This document shows, piece after piece, positions 23,229 through 33,692 of a DNA stretch of 41,503 nt (the stretch's first letter is position 1; each line of letters starts with the position of its first letter). The stretch spans positions 1-41,503 of the forward strand of contig RFFQ01000046.1 in the NCBI GenBank assembly GCA_003697105.1, given 5' to 3'. Under the pieces are notes generated by a model that was not told the DNA's origin, did no database searches, and was given only the letters and a program-made list of their open reading frames with translations. This DNA comes from Gemmatimonadota bacterium. Its GTDB lineage: Bacteria > 4572-55 > J002. Position numbers and translations under genes: made by a program.

Positions 23229-25289
23229 TCATTCTTGAACCGGAACATCCTCACCCCTATTTTTGGCGTCACCTTCCGGTACAGCCCACAAACTAACCCC
23301 GAGCACAATGATGGCACTGATTACATACGGCAAAGGGATATGCTCATCCTCAGACACAAGCCATGAGATATTTTCGATACCGGGTAATTTAGTTAGGACA
23401 AAGCCAATCGCATTATTCAAAAAATGGGCAAACATTGCCGGAAAAATACTACCGGTGCGGATGGTTAGATAACCCAAAATCACACCGATCAGCGCCGTAG
23501 GCATGAACCGGTACGGGCTGAGGTGGAAAATCCCGAAGGCAATTGCGACAACCACTACAGCCGTCATGGGCTTCATTACTTGCCGGAAACCACTCAAGGC
23601 AAATCCCCGAAACATGGCTTCCTCACAGATGCCCGGCAAAACGGCACCCAAAAAGATCACCCACATCCATCCCCAGATCGTTTCGGGGTCTCCACCCAGT
23701 TGTTGCAGTGCTTCTAGCAGTTCTTTTGGTAACGGTAAAAATTGATTTTGATAGACCATCAGTTCAGAAATCACCAAAATTTGCGCCGGAACAATGAACA
23801 GAGGTAAAATCATTGCCCCCAGTGGTGGACGGCGGAATGATAACGCCTTCTTAAAATCAACCCCAGAGGTGTAACTGATGAACGCGGTGAGTCCGAAAAT
23901 GAGGACCACTTGCGTTAATAATAGTCCGATGTCCAGATTCCACGTTTGTAAAGGCGCACCCACATAAAAGAGCAACATCAACCCGACAAATAGGACGGTG
24001 GCGGCTTGGGTAGGCGTGGGGCACGGCTTCCATTCATCAGGAGGTGTGAGCCAATCTTTGAGATCAAAGCTGAGTTTGAAGTCCTCCCCCGCATTGAACA
24101 AAATATCTTCCCGCTCAAATAGGTTGGTGGCAAAGAGGATTGAAAGCCATGCCAAACCGAGAGTCGAAAAGACCGTGACCCCAATATGTGTCCAATTGAG
24201 GTCACCGAGCAGTAAATCCCGAATCAACAGCGACATATTGACCACCGGCACAATCACCAGCGGGAAATCGAGTTCGATCCCCGGGATAAGGGAAGCATAG
24301 GCGGGAAACATCCCCAAAATCATGACCGGAGTCAGGTAATTTTGTGCCTCCTTGTAGCTTCGGGCAAGGGTGGAAACCCCCATAGCGAGTGCACTGAACG
24401 TGAATCCTAGTGGAATTGCTAGCAAAACAATCAGCCCCAGTGTTGGCGGGTCAATGGAAAAATTGAGTTGTTCGCTCCCCTCACTACCCATCAGGGTGAC
24501 ACCGTAAGCAAAGGTTAAACCCATGCTGATAATGTTGAGAAGAGCCGTGATCATCGCCGCCGAAAAAACGGTTAAAAATTTGCCTATCACAATGTTGATC
24601 CGGTTTGTCGGGCTAACTAGGATGGTTGCCATCGTACCGCGCTCTTTCTCTCCGGCAGTTAGATCCACCGCCGGATAAAACGTACCGGAGAGCATCATCA
24701 GGATCAAAAACATCGGGATGATTCGCCCAAAAACAAACCCTCCCATCTTCTTTGCGGATGCAACATTTTCGATCTGTTCGGCAATGGGTTTGGCATACAA
24801 TGAATCCAGCCCGGCTGCGTTTAAACGCTGAGTGGTGATGACCTCTTTGTAGGCATATAAAACGGCATCAATTTTTTCTTGTGCCGCTAAGGACTTATCA
24901 TTTGCCTTATCCACATAAATGGTTAATGTAGCTTGCTTACCGGCAGCCAAACGGATCATAAACGAGTCCGGGATCACCACTGCCGCCTGATAGTCACCCT
25001 CTTCTACCTTTTTTTTGTAATCGTCCTCCGGTGCGCTCACGATTTCTAATTTATCGTTAGCCCGCAGTGAATCTGCAAAATCGGGGGCAAACTCAGCGCC
25101 GATCAGAGCCACTTTCGCCTTTTGTGCGGCTAACTTGGACGCCTGAATCGACATAATTTGGGTAAACGCTATAAACATTACCGGATACAACAGCAAGGGA
25201 ATAACTACCATCGCAAAGAGGGTGCGTTTATCCCGCAGAATATCAATAACTTCTTTCCGAAAAATGAGGAGTATCTGGCGATAGTTCAT
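23229..25289 (-). CDS. NatB-like ABC-2 permease fused to a CPBP (Abi/CAAX) intramembrane protease
   Basis: KEVIDILRDKRTL, DLTAGEKERGTM, ARSYKEAQ (NatB-like); EEAMFRG, FGIFH, AHFLNN (CPBP). Confidence 0.92.
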   Translation of the reverse strand: MNYRQILLIFRKEVIDILRDKRTLFAMVVIPLLLYPVMFIAFTQIMSIQASKLAAQKAKVALIGAEFAPDFADSLRANDKLEIVSAPEDDYKKKVEEGDYQAAVVIPDSFMIRLAAGKQATLTIYVDKANDKSLAAQEKIDAVLYAYKEVITTQRLNAAGLDSLYAKPIAEQIENVASAKKMGGFVFGRIIPMFLILMMLSGTFYPAVDLTAGEKERGTMATILVSPTNRINIVIGKFLTVFSAAMITALLNIISMGLTFAYGVTLMGSEGSEQLNFSIDPPTLGLIVLLAIPLGFTFSALAMGVSTLARSYKEAQNYLTPVMILGMFPAYASLIPGIELDFPLVIVPVVNMSLLIRDLLLGDLNWTHIGVTVFSTLGLAWLSILFATNLFEREDILFNAGEDFKLSFDLKDWLTPPDEWKPCPTPTQAATVLFVGLMLLFYVGAPLQTWNLDIGLLLTQVVLIFGLTAFISYTSGVDFKKALSFRRPPLGAMILPLFIVPAQILVISELMVYQNQFLPLPKELLEALQQLGGDPETIWGWMWVIFLGAVLPGICEEAMFRGFALSGFRQVMKPMTAVVVVAIAFGIFHLSPYRFMPTALIGVILGYLTIRTGSIFPAMFAHFLNNAIGFVLTKLPGIENISWLVSEDEHIPLPYVISAIIVLGVSLWAVPEGDAKNRGEDVPVQE

Positions 25290-25738
25290 CGGTTGGTGTC
25301 CTGTTCTGGGAAGTCAGGATCATCAGGTATTATGATAGAGACGATATCCAACTGGAATCCCTTCTTTCGTTCCACAGTGTTGTAATCCATCAGGATTCGC
25401 TTGACGTCGGGGTAAAGTTCCAATTTTCGCTCAAGCAGCATCTGGAGAGTATCTTGTAATGTGCGCCGTTCATTCCAGGCATACCACGGGATCAACGATT
25501 TCACAGCATGTTTTAGCTGCTTTTTCTGGGCTTCTTTGGTGGTTTCAAGGCTGATATTCCATGCCATAATACCAAATATAACCGACTTTTCAAACATATC
25601 CGGATCATCAAAATCAACATATTTTTGTAAGGGTTCAATGACATTCAGAAGTAATTCAGACATTTTGGGGTCTTTTTCATGCCCCCGAATAACACGCATA
25701 TTGTGATGGAGATTACGCTTTTTCATCTGGGGATCCAC
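25286..25738 (-). CDS. Hypothetical protein
   Basis: 150 aa ORF whose stop overlaps the permease start (ATGA); start uncertain. Confidence 0.7.
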   Translation of the reverse strand: MDPQMKKRNLHHNMRVIRGHEKDPKMSELLLNVIEPLQKYVDFDDPDMFEKSVIFGIMAWNISLETTKEAQKKQLKHAVKSLIPWYAWNERRTLQDTLQMLLERKLELYPDVKRILMDYNTVERKKGFQLDIVSIIIPDDPDFPEQDTNR

Positions 25739-25824
25739 TTGATCAACTATGTGGTGTTGCGTCTTATTTTTTGGTTTTCGGACAATTTTGTATCAGGTCC
25801 GGTGATAAGACAGGTTTAATTGCA

Positions 25825-26112
25825 TTAAAATTCATCCTGTAACCGGCGACCGTCTTGGCTTTGTTGAAAATGTTCTTTGTCAAAGCGGAGCATTTCGGCG
25901 ATTTGTCGTTCTTCATCTGACAAGGGGCGATTGAGTTCCGCTAATTTTCGTAAATACTTAGATGCTAATCCGAAATAGTTGGCAAGTGCCAAGTAATACG
26001 ACATTTCCTGTATTTGGCCATCTGCATCGGTGAGTTTGGCAAGTTCCAAATTTGTTTTAGTTCGTACTACGTTTTGACGAGCGTACTCAATTCGTTCAAT
26101 AAAATTTTGCAT
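25825..26112 (-). CDS. Hypothetical small helical protein
   Basis: 95 aa ORF with AAGGAG RBS directly after the ATPase stop. Confidence 0.7.
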   Translation of the reverse strand: MQNFIERIEYARQNVVRTKTNLELAKLTDADGQIQEMSYYLALANYFGLASKYLRKLAELNRPLSDEERQIAEMLRFDKEHFQQSQDGRRLQDEF

Positions 26113-26125
26113 GGCACCGCTCCTT

Positions 26126-27055
26126 TCATGCTACGACGCCTTGAGTGATCGTCATAAAAATATCCTCTAGGTCGGTTTCCTCTTCATGGAAGGCGATCAC
26201 TCGAATGTCATTTAAAACTAATATTTTAAGTAAGTCGGGATCATCACCGTCAGGAGAATCATGGACTTCCACCACCAACGTATTTCCCTCACGCTCAATA
26301 TGCTGGACTTCAGGGAGGTCTCTTAGGAGAAGGTGAGCCGTTTCAACCTGATCGGATACTGTGATGACAAACCGGCGATTTGCCCGAATCTGTTGTAAAA
26401 TGGATTTCACATTACCACTCGCTAGCAGGGTCCCGCGTTCGATGATACCGATAGTATCCACAAAATCTTCGAGTTCAGACAAGATATGGGACGAAATCAA
26501 GATGGTTTTTCCCATCCGCTTCAATTCTTTTAGCAATTCACGCATTTCAATTCGGGCACGCGGGTCTAGTCCGGAAGCGGGTTCGTCCAATAAAAGCACT
26601 TTGGGGTCATGGACAAGCGTTTTTGCCAGACACAGGCGCTGTTTCATCCCGCGTGAGAGGTTATCCACCATATCCTCGCGTTTACTTTCCAGATCGGTCA
26701 AGACTAGCACATCATCAATGATACCAATCCGGCGCTGCTTTTCAATTTTGTAGGCAGCCGCGAAAAAATCCAAATATTCCCAGACTTTCATATCATCATA
26801 AACCCCGAAAAAGTCAGGCATATACCCGATTTGAGATTTCACAGCGTCTGGCTCTTTTGTTACCGAAAAACCGTTGACGATGGCATCCCCGTATGTGGGT
26901 TCCAGCAGGGTGGAAATCATTTTAATTGTGGTCGTTTTGCCCGCACCGTTGGGTCCGATAAAACCAAAAATCACCCCTTGAGGAATATTCAAATTAAGGT
27001 GATTTACGGCAGTGATGTTTTTGTATGTTTTGGTCAGGTCGTGTGTTTCGATCAT
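26126..27055 (-). CDS. ABC transporter ATP-binding protein
   Basis: GPNGAGKTT, LSRGMKQR, LLLDEPASGLDP, SSHIL. Confidence 0.96.
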   Translation of the reverse strand: MIETHDLTKTYKNITAVNHLNLNIPQGVIFGFIGPNGAGKTTTIKMISTLLEPTYGDAIVNGFSVTKEPDAVKSQIGYMPDFFGVYDDMKVWEYLDFFAAAYKIEKQRRIGIIDDVLVLTDLESKREDMVDNLSRGMKQRLCLAKTLVHDPKVLLLDEPASGLDPRARIEMRELLKELKRMGKTILISSHILSELEDFVDTIGIIERGTLLASGNVKSILQQIRANRRFVITVSDQVETAHLLLRDLPEVQHIEREGNTLVVEVHDSPDGDDPDLLKILVLNDIRVIAFHEEETDLEDIFMTITQGVVA

Positions 27056-27057
27056 GA

Positions 27058-29358
27058 TCAGGAGAATTTCATGGTAATCAGAGTAATGTCATCAAATTGC
27101 TCGCTTGTACCCATAAAACGCACGAGTTCGGTCATCAAGATGTGGTGCAATTTACGGGCATTATTCTCTCCATGCAAACCAACTGCCGCTTGAAGCCGGT
27201 TGAGTTCATACAATGTGCCCATTTCGCTACGAGCTTCAGTGACACCATCGGTGTATAGAACGATGCCATCACCGGGTTCAATTTCGATTTCCTTCTCTTT
27301 AAGGAGCATACTCAGGTCATCCGTGAGACCAATTGCCAACCCGCCGGATTTGATCCGCTCACAACTGCGTTTGCTGGATCGATAGACCAAAATATGTTCG
27401 TGCCCGGCACTGGAATATGTCATTTTACGGGTATGTCCATTCCAACATAAGTATAGCATTGTCATAAACTTACCTGTTCCTAAATCGGGGTAAACATATT
27501 TATTGAGCAGTACCAGATTTTCTTTGGGAGAAATAACTTGATTCGCAAGGGTATGCAAAACGGTACGGGCACGCATCATAATCAAGCCGGCAGAAACCCC
27601 TTTACCGGACACATCCCCGATAACGATCCCCAATTCAATACCGGGGATACGCTCAATATAATCAAAATAATCTCCACCGACTTCCCGGGCGGGTACCATC
27701 TGCCCGTAGATATCGAGCCGCAAGGTATCTGGGCGGCGGCTGGGCAATAATCGGGTTTGGATGTCGCTGGCGATGTCTAACTCTTCTTTGACCCGTTCGC
27801 GGGTGGAAACCTCACTGTAAACCCGTGCATTCTGCATGGAGACCCCCGCTTGCCCCGCCAAGACCGAAATGAGGTCAATATCCTCTTTGGTAAACGCCGA
27901 GGGTTCGGCACGAGCCACATTTAACACCCCGACCATCTCATCGCGGGAGACATGGGATAACGCAATGGAAATAAGGCTGCGCATACCGGCATATTCGGGG
28001 GGAATATCACCCTTAAATTTGACTTGTCGTGGAATGTCTTTAATTTGTAATTGGCGCCGTCCTTTGTGCCATTCCCGCGCTAACTTCCCGACAATTCCAC
28101 TGCCGTGCCGGACAGCAAGTTTTTTGACGTTTAGTTTACTGGTATCAATATCGGTCATGGCAGCACACCGCAAAATTTGATGTGGCGGGTCATTCAGCCA
28201 AAGTGAAACCCGATCCGCGCCAACCACCTCTTTGATATTCCGTACTATTTCCGTGGAAAGCTCTTCAATATCCAAAATAGAACTCAGTTGTTTGCGGATT
28301 TCGTTCACGCTTTGCATTTTGCGGGAAAATTCTTTTTCTTGCTCCACAAAATTCCGAATCCAATGCGATAGATCGGTAAAACCACGTGCCACTTGACCAA
28401 TTTCATCGCTACCCCACACGGTTTCATCGATAACCGCAGCCTCCACATCATCTTGGCGGATCGTTTTAACAAACTCGCGTAATTTCTTGAGAGGGGCAAC
28501 CATCAAAATACTCATCACCCATGAGAGTAACGCCAAACAGACTAAACAGACCAGCGCCGTTACCATCATACGGAATTTCATCCGCATACTGGCATTGGTA
28601 ATGCCGTCTAGCGAAAATTCCAATTGAATCCAGCCCACCATGACCCCTTCAGGATTCCGTAATGCCAAAAATACGCGCCCTTCGTCCGGTTGTAGATAGA
28701 TCATATCAGAGATTTTCTTGAGTCGGGACACATCGATACCATCCTGAAGTGACGTGACGGATTCAGCCTGCCGGATCATATTCCGAATCGATTGGATGAC
28801 ACCACTTCCGGCATCTAACGTGTTGCCGATAAACAAAATACCGGTGATATGCCGCCGGGTTTGATCAAAGATCGGTGCCGTGGCATAAATCCCTAAATGT
28901 GGCTGGGGTAATCCTGTCTGGCTGGCGTGGAAAAAGGCGATTCCGGTATTAATGGTATGCCTCTGCGACGAATGGATGACCGGAATGGGGGGAATATCTT
29001 CTTGGGAGTCCGTAAGGACGTTACCATCCACATCACAAATGACAACCCAATCGAGGTGCGAGCGCTCCTTGACTTGGCGTAAGTATTGACGTTCCAACAG
29101 GCTCAACAACTGCGGGTTTTGGAGGTATGTATTTAGGTTGGGGTCTGTTGAAATATAGCGGGCTTCATCCGCCAGATATTGCTGGTGGTCGCGGAGAACT
29201 TGCGGAGCGACCCGGGTTTGTTGCACCAAATAATCCTGAATTTCGCGTTGGGTTAGTTGGCGTTGCTGGATCAATGAATCCCCCAGAAAAAAGAGAAAGG
29301 GGATGAGCATCAGCAGGAAAAAGGCGGCGGCAATGCGGTCTCGGAACGATAATTTCAT
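27058..29358 (-). CDS. Membrane sensor PP2C/SpoIIE (RsbU-like) phosphatase with HAMP and GAF domains
   Basis: Two TM helices, DEIGQVARGF (HAMP), GAF, VGGDYFD, GDVSGKG, YTDG, DDIT. Confidence 0.93.
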   Translation of the reverse strand: MKLSFRDRIAAAFFLLMLIPFLFFLGDSLIQQRQLTQREIQDYLVQQTRVAPQVLRDHQQYLADEARYISTDPNLNTYLQNPQLLSLLERQYLRQVKERSHLDWVVICDVDGNVLTDSQEDIPPIPVIHSSQRHTINTGIAFFHASQTGLPQPHLGIYATAPIFDQTRRHITGILFIGNTLDAGSGVIQSIRNMIRQAESVTSLQDGIDVSRLKKISDMIYLQPDEGRVFLALRNPEGVMVGWIQLEFSLDGITNASMRMKFRMMVTALVCLVCLALLSWVMSILMVAPLKKLREFVKTIRQDDVEAAVIDETVWGSDEIGQVARGFTDLSHWIRNFVEQEKEFSRKMQSVNEIRKQLSSILDIEELSTEIVRNIKEVVGADRVSLWLNDPPHQILRCAAMTDIDTSKLNVKKLAVRHGSGIVGKLAREWHKGRRQLQIKDIPRQVKFKGDIPPEYAGMRSLISIALSHVSRDEMVGVLNVARAEPSAFTKEDIDLISVLAGQAGVSMQNARVYSEVSTRERVKEELDIASDIQTRLLPSRRPDTLRLDIYGQMVPAREVGGDYFDYIERIPGIELGIVIGDVSGKGVSAGLIMMRARTVLHTLANQVISPKENLVLLNKYVYPDLGTGKFMTMLYLCWNGHTRKMTYSSAGHEHILVYRSSKRSCERIKSGGLAIGLTDDLSMLLKEKEIEIEPGDGIVLYTDGVTEARSEMGTLYELNRLQAAVGLHGENNARKLHHILMTELVRFMGTSEQFDDITLITMKFS

Positions 29359-29359
29359 G

Positions 29360-31708
29360 TTAGCTCACCTTTCCCACCAACAGGGTGAAGTCATCATCTT
29401 GCCGGGCATCCTGAATATGATCCAGAATTTGTTGGGTGATACCTTGTTGAATCTCTTCAGCGGTTCTATCAGCATAATCCTGCAAAGCGTGCTTAATATC
29501 CGTGACACTAAACCATTCGTGCGCCGTATTTCGGGCAGTTCGTGCCCCGTCTGTAAAAAAGAGGAAACTATCTCCCGGTTGAAAACTGGCACTATATTCG
29601 GTTAGTTTTGTTTCCAGATCGGTTTCAGCGCCGAGTGCGCCGGTTTTGCTGAATTCATATTCAATAACAAGTTCCGATTCCGCACGGTAGATCAGCAAAT
29701 GAGGCTGTCCGGCACTGCAAAAGGTCAATTTACGGGCGGGACCATCCCAGATGGCATAACTGATCTTGACAAGGGTATTTTCGCTCATGTTATCCTTAAT
29801 GACGTTGTACATGTTCAACACCATTTCTCGCGGAGATTGGATGTATTCCGCCGAAGCGTGAATCGCCATCCGCATGATAATGGTCAAAATACCGGCTTGT
29901 ACACCTCGTGCTGTGACATCCGCCAGCACCAACCCGACCGTATCATCACTCCCGTGATGGATGTAATCGTAATAATCACCGCCATGGGTTCGCACCCGTT
30001 GGATGGCGGCACTGAGCGTCAAATGCGGGACATTGGGGGTGGTTTGTGGCAAAATTTCTTTCCGGATTTCGTTGGTGATTTCCAGTTCCTTCCCCATCCG
30101 TTCCTGCTCGGCAACTTTACGGTACAAACTGGCATTATCCAGCGAGATCGACGCTTGTCCGGCAATCATCATCATAAAGGTAAGGTCGTTCTCCGTAAAA
30201 CCATTTTCCAGACGGGTTGAGTATAAATTAATGGCACCAATGACCATCCCCCGCGTCGTGAGCGGCACCGAAAGGAGGCAAGTATGGATGTTGTTTGGAT
30301 TGGGTAAATTGTGGCGCTCCTCAATCGAATTGACAATCAGCGGGGTGGCTTCCGAGACGACTTTTCCGGCGATCTGCTCGCCTAATTCCATCACTTCCCG
30401 TGAGATCGGTGCGCCGACTCCCGCCGAACCGGAAACAGAAACCTCCAATTCATCTTTTTCTTCGTTTTTCAGAAAGAGTTCAAAGTGGGTCACGTCTTCA
30501 ATCGCGTCAATTGTTTTTTCCATAATCATGTGACGGAGCATATCCAAATCTTCCACCACCCCGGAAATGGAGCGGGCAATCGCATTCAATTTGGAAAGTT
30601 CTGCTCGTTTTTCGCGTTCATCTGCCACCAGTTCATTCATCCGGTCCACGATCACGTTGAAATCCGCGGCAATTTCCCCGACTTCATTGTTGGGAACTTT
30701 TGCTCGAATATCCAAATTATTTTGTAAGACCTGTACAATTTTCGCTTTTAATTCCACCAATGACGTTGACAAATCATGGGTCATCGCACCAATGGAAAGT
30801 GGTAAGATCATGATAATCAGGAAGATCGCCGCCAGTGCCCGTTGAAAGGTTTTTCGTTTCCACAAAGAGAGAAAGGTGTTGGGCTGAGCGTACACAATCG
30901 CCGCCACAATATTTGCCTCCCCATCCGCTAAGGCACGATATGTGACAACATAATGTTGATCATGGATCGGCTGGTGTTGGACAATATCGGTATCCAAACG
31001 CAGGTCGGTAAAGGTAAGTTGTTGCGGGTCAATGATAGGGCGAGTTAAAGCATCCGTGCTAGAAATCAGAACCTGCTTATCCGAGATAATCTGGAAAAAT
31101 GCGCCGGCAGGAAGTTGATCGATCATGTTCTGAATCACTGGGCTTTTTTCCGTGAGGGTGCGTACCGCGGCAACAGAACCGTAAACCTCCGCACCATCCC
31201 GAATGGGTGCGGCAACCATCCATTGAAATTGGTCATTTACCACTGAAATAGAGGAAACAACATTGTTTCCGGTCTCTGCTTTGGCTAATAGGTGGTACAG
31301 ACGTTCCGTAACCGCTGTTGGGTCTGAAAAACGTTGGTTATCTGCCTGAGCCACTACCAATACGTCCAAGTGGTAATGATGTTTTTGTTGCTGGACGTAA
31401 TCTGGATCGATATAAAGGTCCAGGGTATCGGTTCGGAGGCGTTCGAGCAGATCAGTTTGTTGGGCGAGATAATCGGCAATAAATTGTACCGCCCGGTTCA
31501 AGCGCCATTCTTCTTGGTGCAACATGAACTCAATTGAGGCAACATCTCCGCCAAGCTCACTCATCAACGTTTCGCCGGGGGCAATACTGGCAGAATGAAT
31601 AAACGTCGTGGCAATAAACGTGAGCGTGCCCAAGACAATAAATGCCAGCCAGAGCTTACCTTGCAACGAGGACATAAAAATACGGAATATACTTCGTAAG
31701 ATTTGCAC
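29360..31708 (-). CDS. Second membrane sensor PP2C/SpoIIE phosphatase with HAMP and GAF domains
   Basis: Same layout: NEVGEIAADFN, GAF, GGDYYD, ADVTARG, FTDG, DDFT; GTG start overlaps the upstream TAG. Confidence 0.9.
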   Translation of the reverse strand: MQILRSIFRIFMSSLQGKLWLAFIVLGTLTFIATTFIHSASIAPGETLMSELGGDVASIEFMLHQEEWRLNRAVQFIADYLAQQTDLLERLRTDTLDLYIDPDYVQQQKHHYHLDVLVVAQADNQRFSDPTAVTERLYHLLAKAETGNNVVSSISVVNDQFQWMVAAPIRDGAEVYGSVAAVRTLTEKSPVIQNMIDQLPAGAFFQIISDKQVLISSTDALTRPIIDPQQLTFTDLRLDTDIVQHQPIHDQHYVVTYRALADGEANIVAAIVYAQPNTFLSLWKRKTFQRALAAIFLIIMILPLSIGAMTHDLSTSLVELKAKIVQVLQNNLDIRAKVPNNEVGEIAADFNVIVDRMNELVADEREKRAELSKLNAIARSISGVVEDLDMLRHMIMEKTIDAIEDVTHFELFLKNEEKDELEVSVSGSAGVGAPISREVMELGEQIAGKVVSEATPLIVNSIEERHNLPNPNNIHTCLLSVPLTTRGMVIGAINLYSTRLENGFTENDLTFMMMIAGQASISLDNASLYRKVAEQERMGKELEITNEIRKEILPQTTPNVPHLTLSAAIQRVRTHGGDYYDYIHHGSDDTVGLVLADVTARGVQAGILTIIMRMAIHASAEYIQSPREMVLNMYNVIKDNMSENTLVKISYAIWDGPARKLTFCSAGQPHLLIYRAESELVIEYEFSKTGALGAETDLETKLTEYSASFQPGDSFLFFTDGARTARNTAHEWFSVTDIKHALQDYADRTAEEIQQGITQQILDHIQDARQDDDFTLLVGKVS

Positions 31709-32112
31709 TACTCAATCTCCAGAATACCGCGCTCAAAATTGAGGTATAGATGTCCGAATTGACGGAGAAAATTCAAGCCGATCAGTCCGTCCACCCGGCT
31801 GGATTGGGGCACATCATGGCAGATCACATCAATATTTTCAACCGCTTTATCCAGTACGTTCATGCGTTCAATCGTCACCACAGGGACGACTCGAATCCCA
31901 CGCGAGGTGACAATTTCCTTGCGGCGGTCTGTTTTCGCGGGGTCATGCCCGAGGGCAACCGCAACTTCCCACGGGATCACCGTGTACGTGGCCGAAGTAC
32001 TCACCATCATCCGAATTAACCGGGAGGTTTCTGTCTCGGCACTGGTTTTACCGTGAAGCTCGGCATACAGCACAATAATAGGTGTTTGGGGGTCGAAGAG
32101 CACTCGTGCCAT
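31708..32112 (-). CDS. Retropepsin-like (clan AA) aspartyl protease homolog lacking the catalytic Asp
   Basis: RMMVSTSATYTVIP in place of xxDTGAxxT, and DGLIGLNFL matching the GLLGxxFL motif. Confidence 0.8.
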   Translation of the reverse strand: MARVLFDPQTPIIVLYAELHGKTSAETETSRLIRMMVSTSATYTVIPWEVAVALGHDPAKTDRRKEIVTSRGIRVVPVVTIERMNVLDKAVENIDVICHDVPQSSRVDGLIGLNFLRQFGHLYLNFERGILEIE

Positions 32113-32363
32113 CAGAAGATCACCACTAAGTCATCCGGAATATCACCCGTGTAGTCAATACACAATTTGCGCTTGGTACGCATCTGTTTGGTGTAAGTCG
32201 TGGCACGATTTTTTGAGTTGGAGACCACAATGCCGCTGACCAAACTCGTCACATCATCGGTATCATAATCCGCAAGCAACAGCCATTGGTTCGGATATTT
32301 TTTCCGAATGGTGGCAAGATTCTCGCGCTCCATAGGTTTTTTGATGGGGATGTCATGGGGCAT
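32112..32363 (-). CDS. Small protein, DUF5678-like partner of retropepsin-like genes
   Basis: IRKKYPNQWLLL..G.VV..S..R..YTG pattern; GGAGG RBS; TGATG overlap with the next gene. Confidence 0.7.
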   Translation of the reverse strand: MPHDIPIKKPMERENLATIRKKYPNQWLLLADYDTDDVTSLVSGIVVSNSKNRATTYTKQMRTKRKLCIDYTGDIPDDLVVIF

Positions 32364-32404
32364 GACAAAAGTCCTCCCTTACTTTTGCCACATCAGATTT
32401 ACAT

Positions 32405-32869
32405 CTAGTGGTCGGGGGATGGGGACGATTCTTCGATGCTCAACATTTTCAGATGACTTTCGAGGAGTGCCCGTTGTTTAATTAAAAAGGTCTCTTTGTG
32501 TTTTTTCAAACGTTCAATTTCCAATTTGAGGGTTTTGACCTGCTGTTTTGCATCCGCTTGGAGCTGTTCCGCGTTCAGTTCCGCATCTTTCAGAATAAGC
32601 TCGGCTTCTTTGACCGCTTGTCGCTTGGTCTCTTCCGCGGTCATCTGCGCTGAGACGAGGGTATCCCGCAGGGTTTTTTCCATCTGGCGGTAATCGGCAA
32701 TCTGGCGATCTAAATCCGCTAGTTTTTCTTTCAAGTGACTATTTTCGCGGATCAAGGCTTCGTATTCCGCGGCGACCATCTCCAAAAAATGGCTAACTTC
32801 TTCAGCGTCGAAACCACGTCCGGCTTTCTTAAAGGTGTGTTTGCGGATATCTAGGGGGGTAATGTTCAT
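32405..32869 (-). CDS. divIVA: DivIVA-domain coiled-coil protein
   Basis: [25 protein letters not shown] followed by coiled coil; adjacent to yggS. Confidence 0.9.
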   Translation of the reverse strand: MNITPLDIRKHTFKKAGRGFDAEEVSHFLEMVAAEYEALIRENSHLKEKLADLDRQIADYRQMEKTLRDTLVSAQMTAEETKRQAVKEAELILKDAELNAEQLQADAKQQVKTLKLEIERLKKHKETFLIKQRALLESHLKMLSIEESSPSPDH

Positions 32870-33564
32870 GGGTACGTTCTGGCTCCAAAAATAGCGGTGC
32901 CCACCCGGATGAGCGTAGCACCTTCTTCAATCGCAACTTCAAAATCGTTGGTCATTCCCATCGAGAGATGCCGCATGGACACATTTGGGAGTTCTAAAGT
33001 CTGAATGTGATCGCGCAAATGGCGAAGTTGACTAAAACAGGGTCGAATGGCTTCCGCGTCATCTAAAAAGGGTCCCACCGTCATCAACCCTTGAATGCGG
33101 ATACCTTCCAATGAGGCCGCAGACTTCACCAATTCAATGGCATGATCGGGATCGACGCCAAATTTGGAAGCCTCCCCCGAGGTGTTGACTTCTATAAGCA
33201 CATCCATCACCTTCTGCCGTTGGAGGGCCCGCTTGCTAATGGCTTCGGCAAGTTTGTATGAATCCACCGAATGAATCAGAGAAAACAAATCCAATGCTTT
33301 ATTAATTTTATTTTTTTGCAAGTGACCAATTAAGTGCCACGTGACAGTGCCCGCAGGCAATTTCGGGATTTTCGTTTCCGCTTCTTGCACCCGATTTTCT
33401 CCTAAAACGGTGATACCCGCATCAATTGCCGCTTGAATTTCGGCAAGAGTACGGGTTTTACTGACCGCAATCAGGGTGATTTCATCCACAGACCGCCCGG
33501 CACGTGCCGCCGCCGTCGCCATACGCTCCCGAACGTGTGCTATGCGGGTGTGAATCGTGTTCAT
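32866..33564 (-). CDS. yggS: PLP homeostasis protein, YggS family
   Basis: [56 protein letters not shown] 33564 with AAGGAG. Confidence 0.96.
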   Translation of the reverse strand: MNTIHTRIAHVRERMATAAARAGRSVDEITLIAVSKTRTLAEIQAAIDAGITVLGENRVQEAETKIPKLPAGTVTWHLIGHLQKNKINKALDLFSLIHSVDSYKLAEAISKRALQRQKVMDVLIEVNTSGEASKFGVDPDHAIELVKSAASLEGIRIQGLMTVGPFLDDAEAIRPCFSQLRHLRDHIQTLELPNVSMRHLSMGMTNDFEVAIEEGATLIRVGTAIFGARTYP

Positions 33565-33609
33565 CCGTCTCCTTTTCACGAAAAACAATGCCTTAAAATC
33601 AGATTCGTT

Positions 33610-33638
33610 ACTTTAATATATTCGGGGGATTCTATCAA
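33610..33638 (-). promoter_or_regulatory. Candidate sigma-70 promoter for the yggS operon
   Basis: TTGATA-N17-TAAAGT on the minus strand. Confidence 0.45.
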
Positions 33639-33692
33639 GTAAAAAATCGCCGTAGTTGCTTCCGCAGGGTGAGTTTAACTGGCAGATAAACG

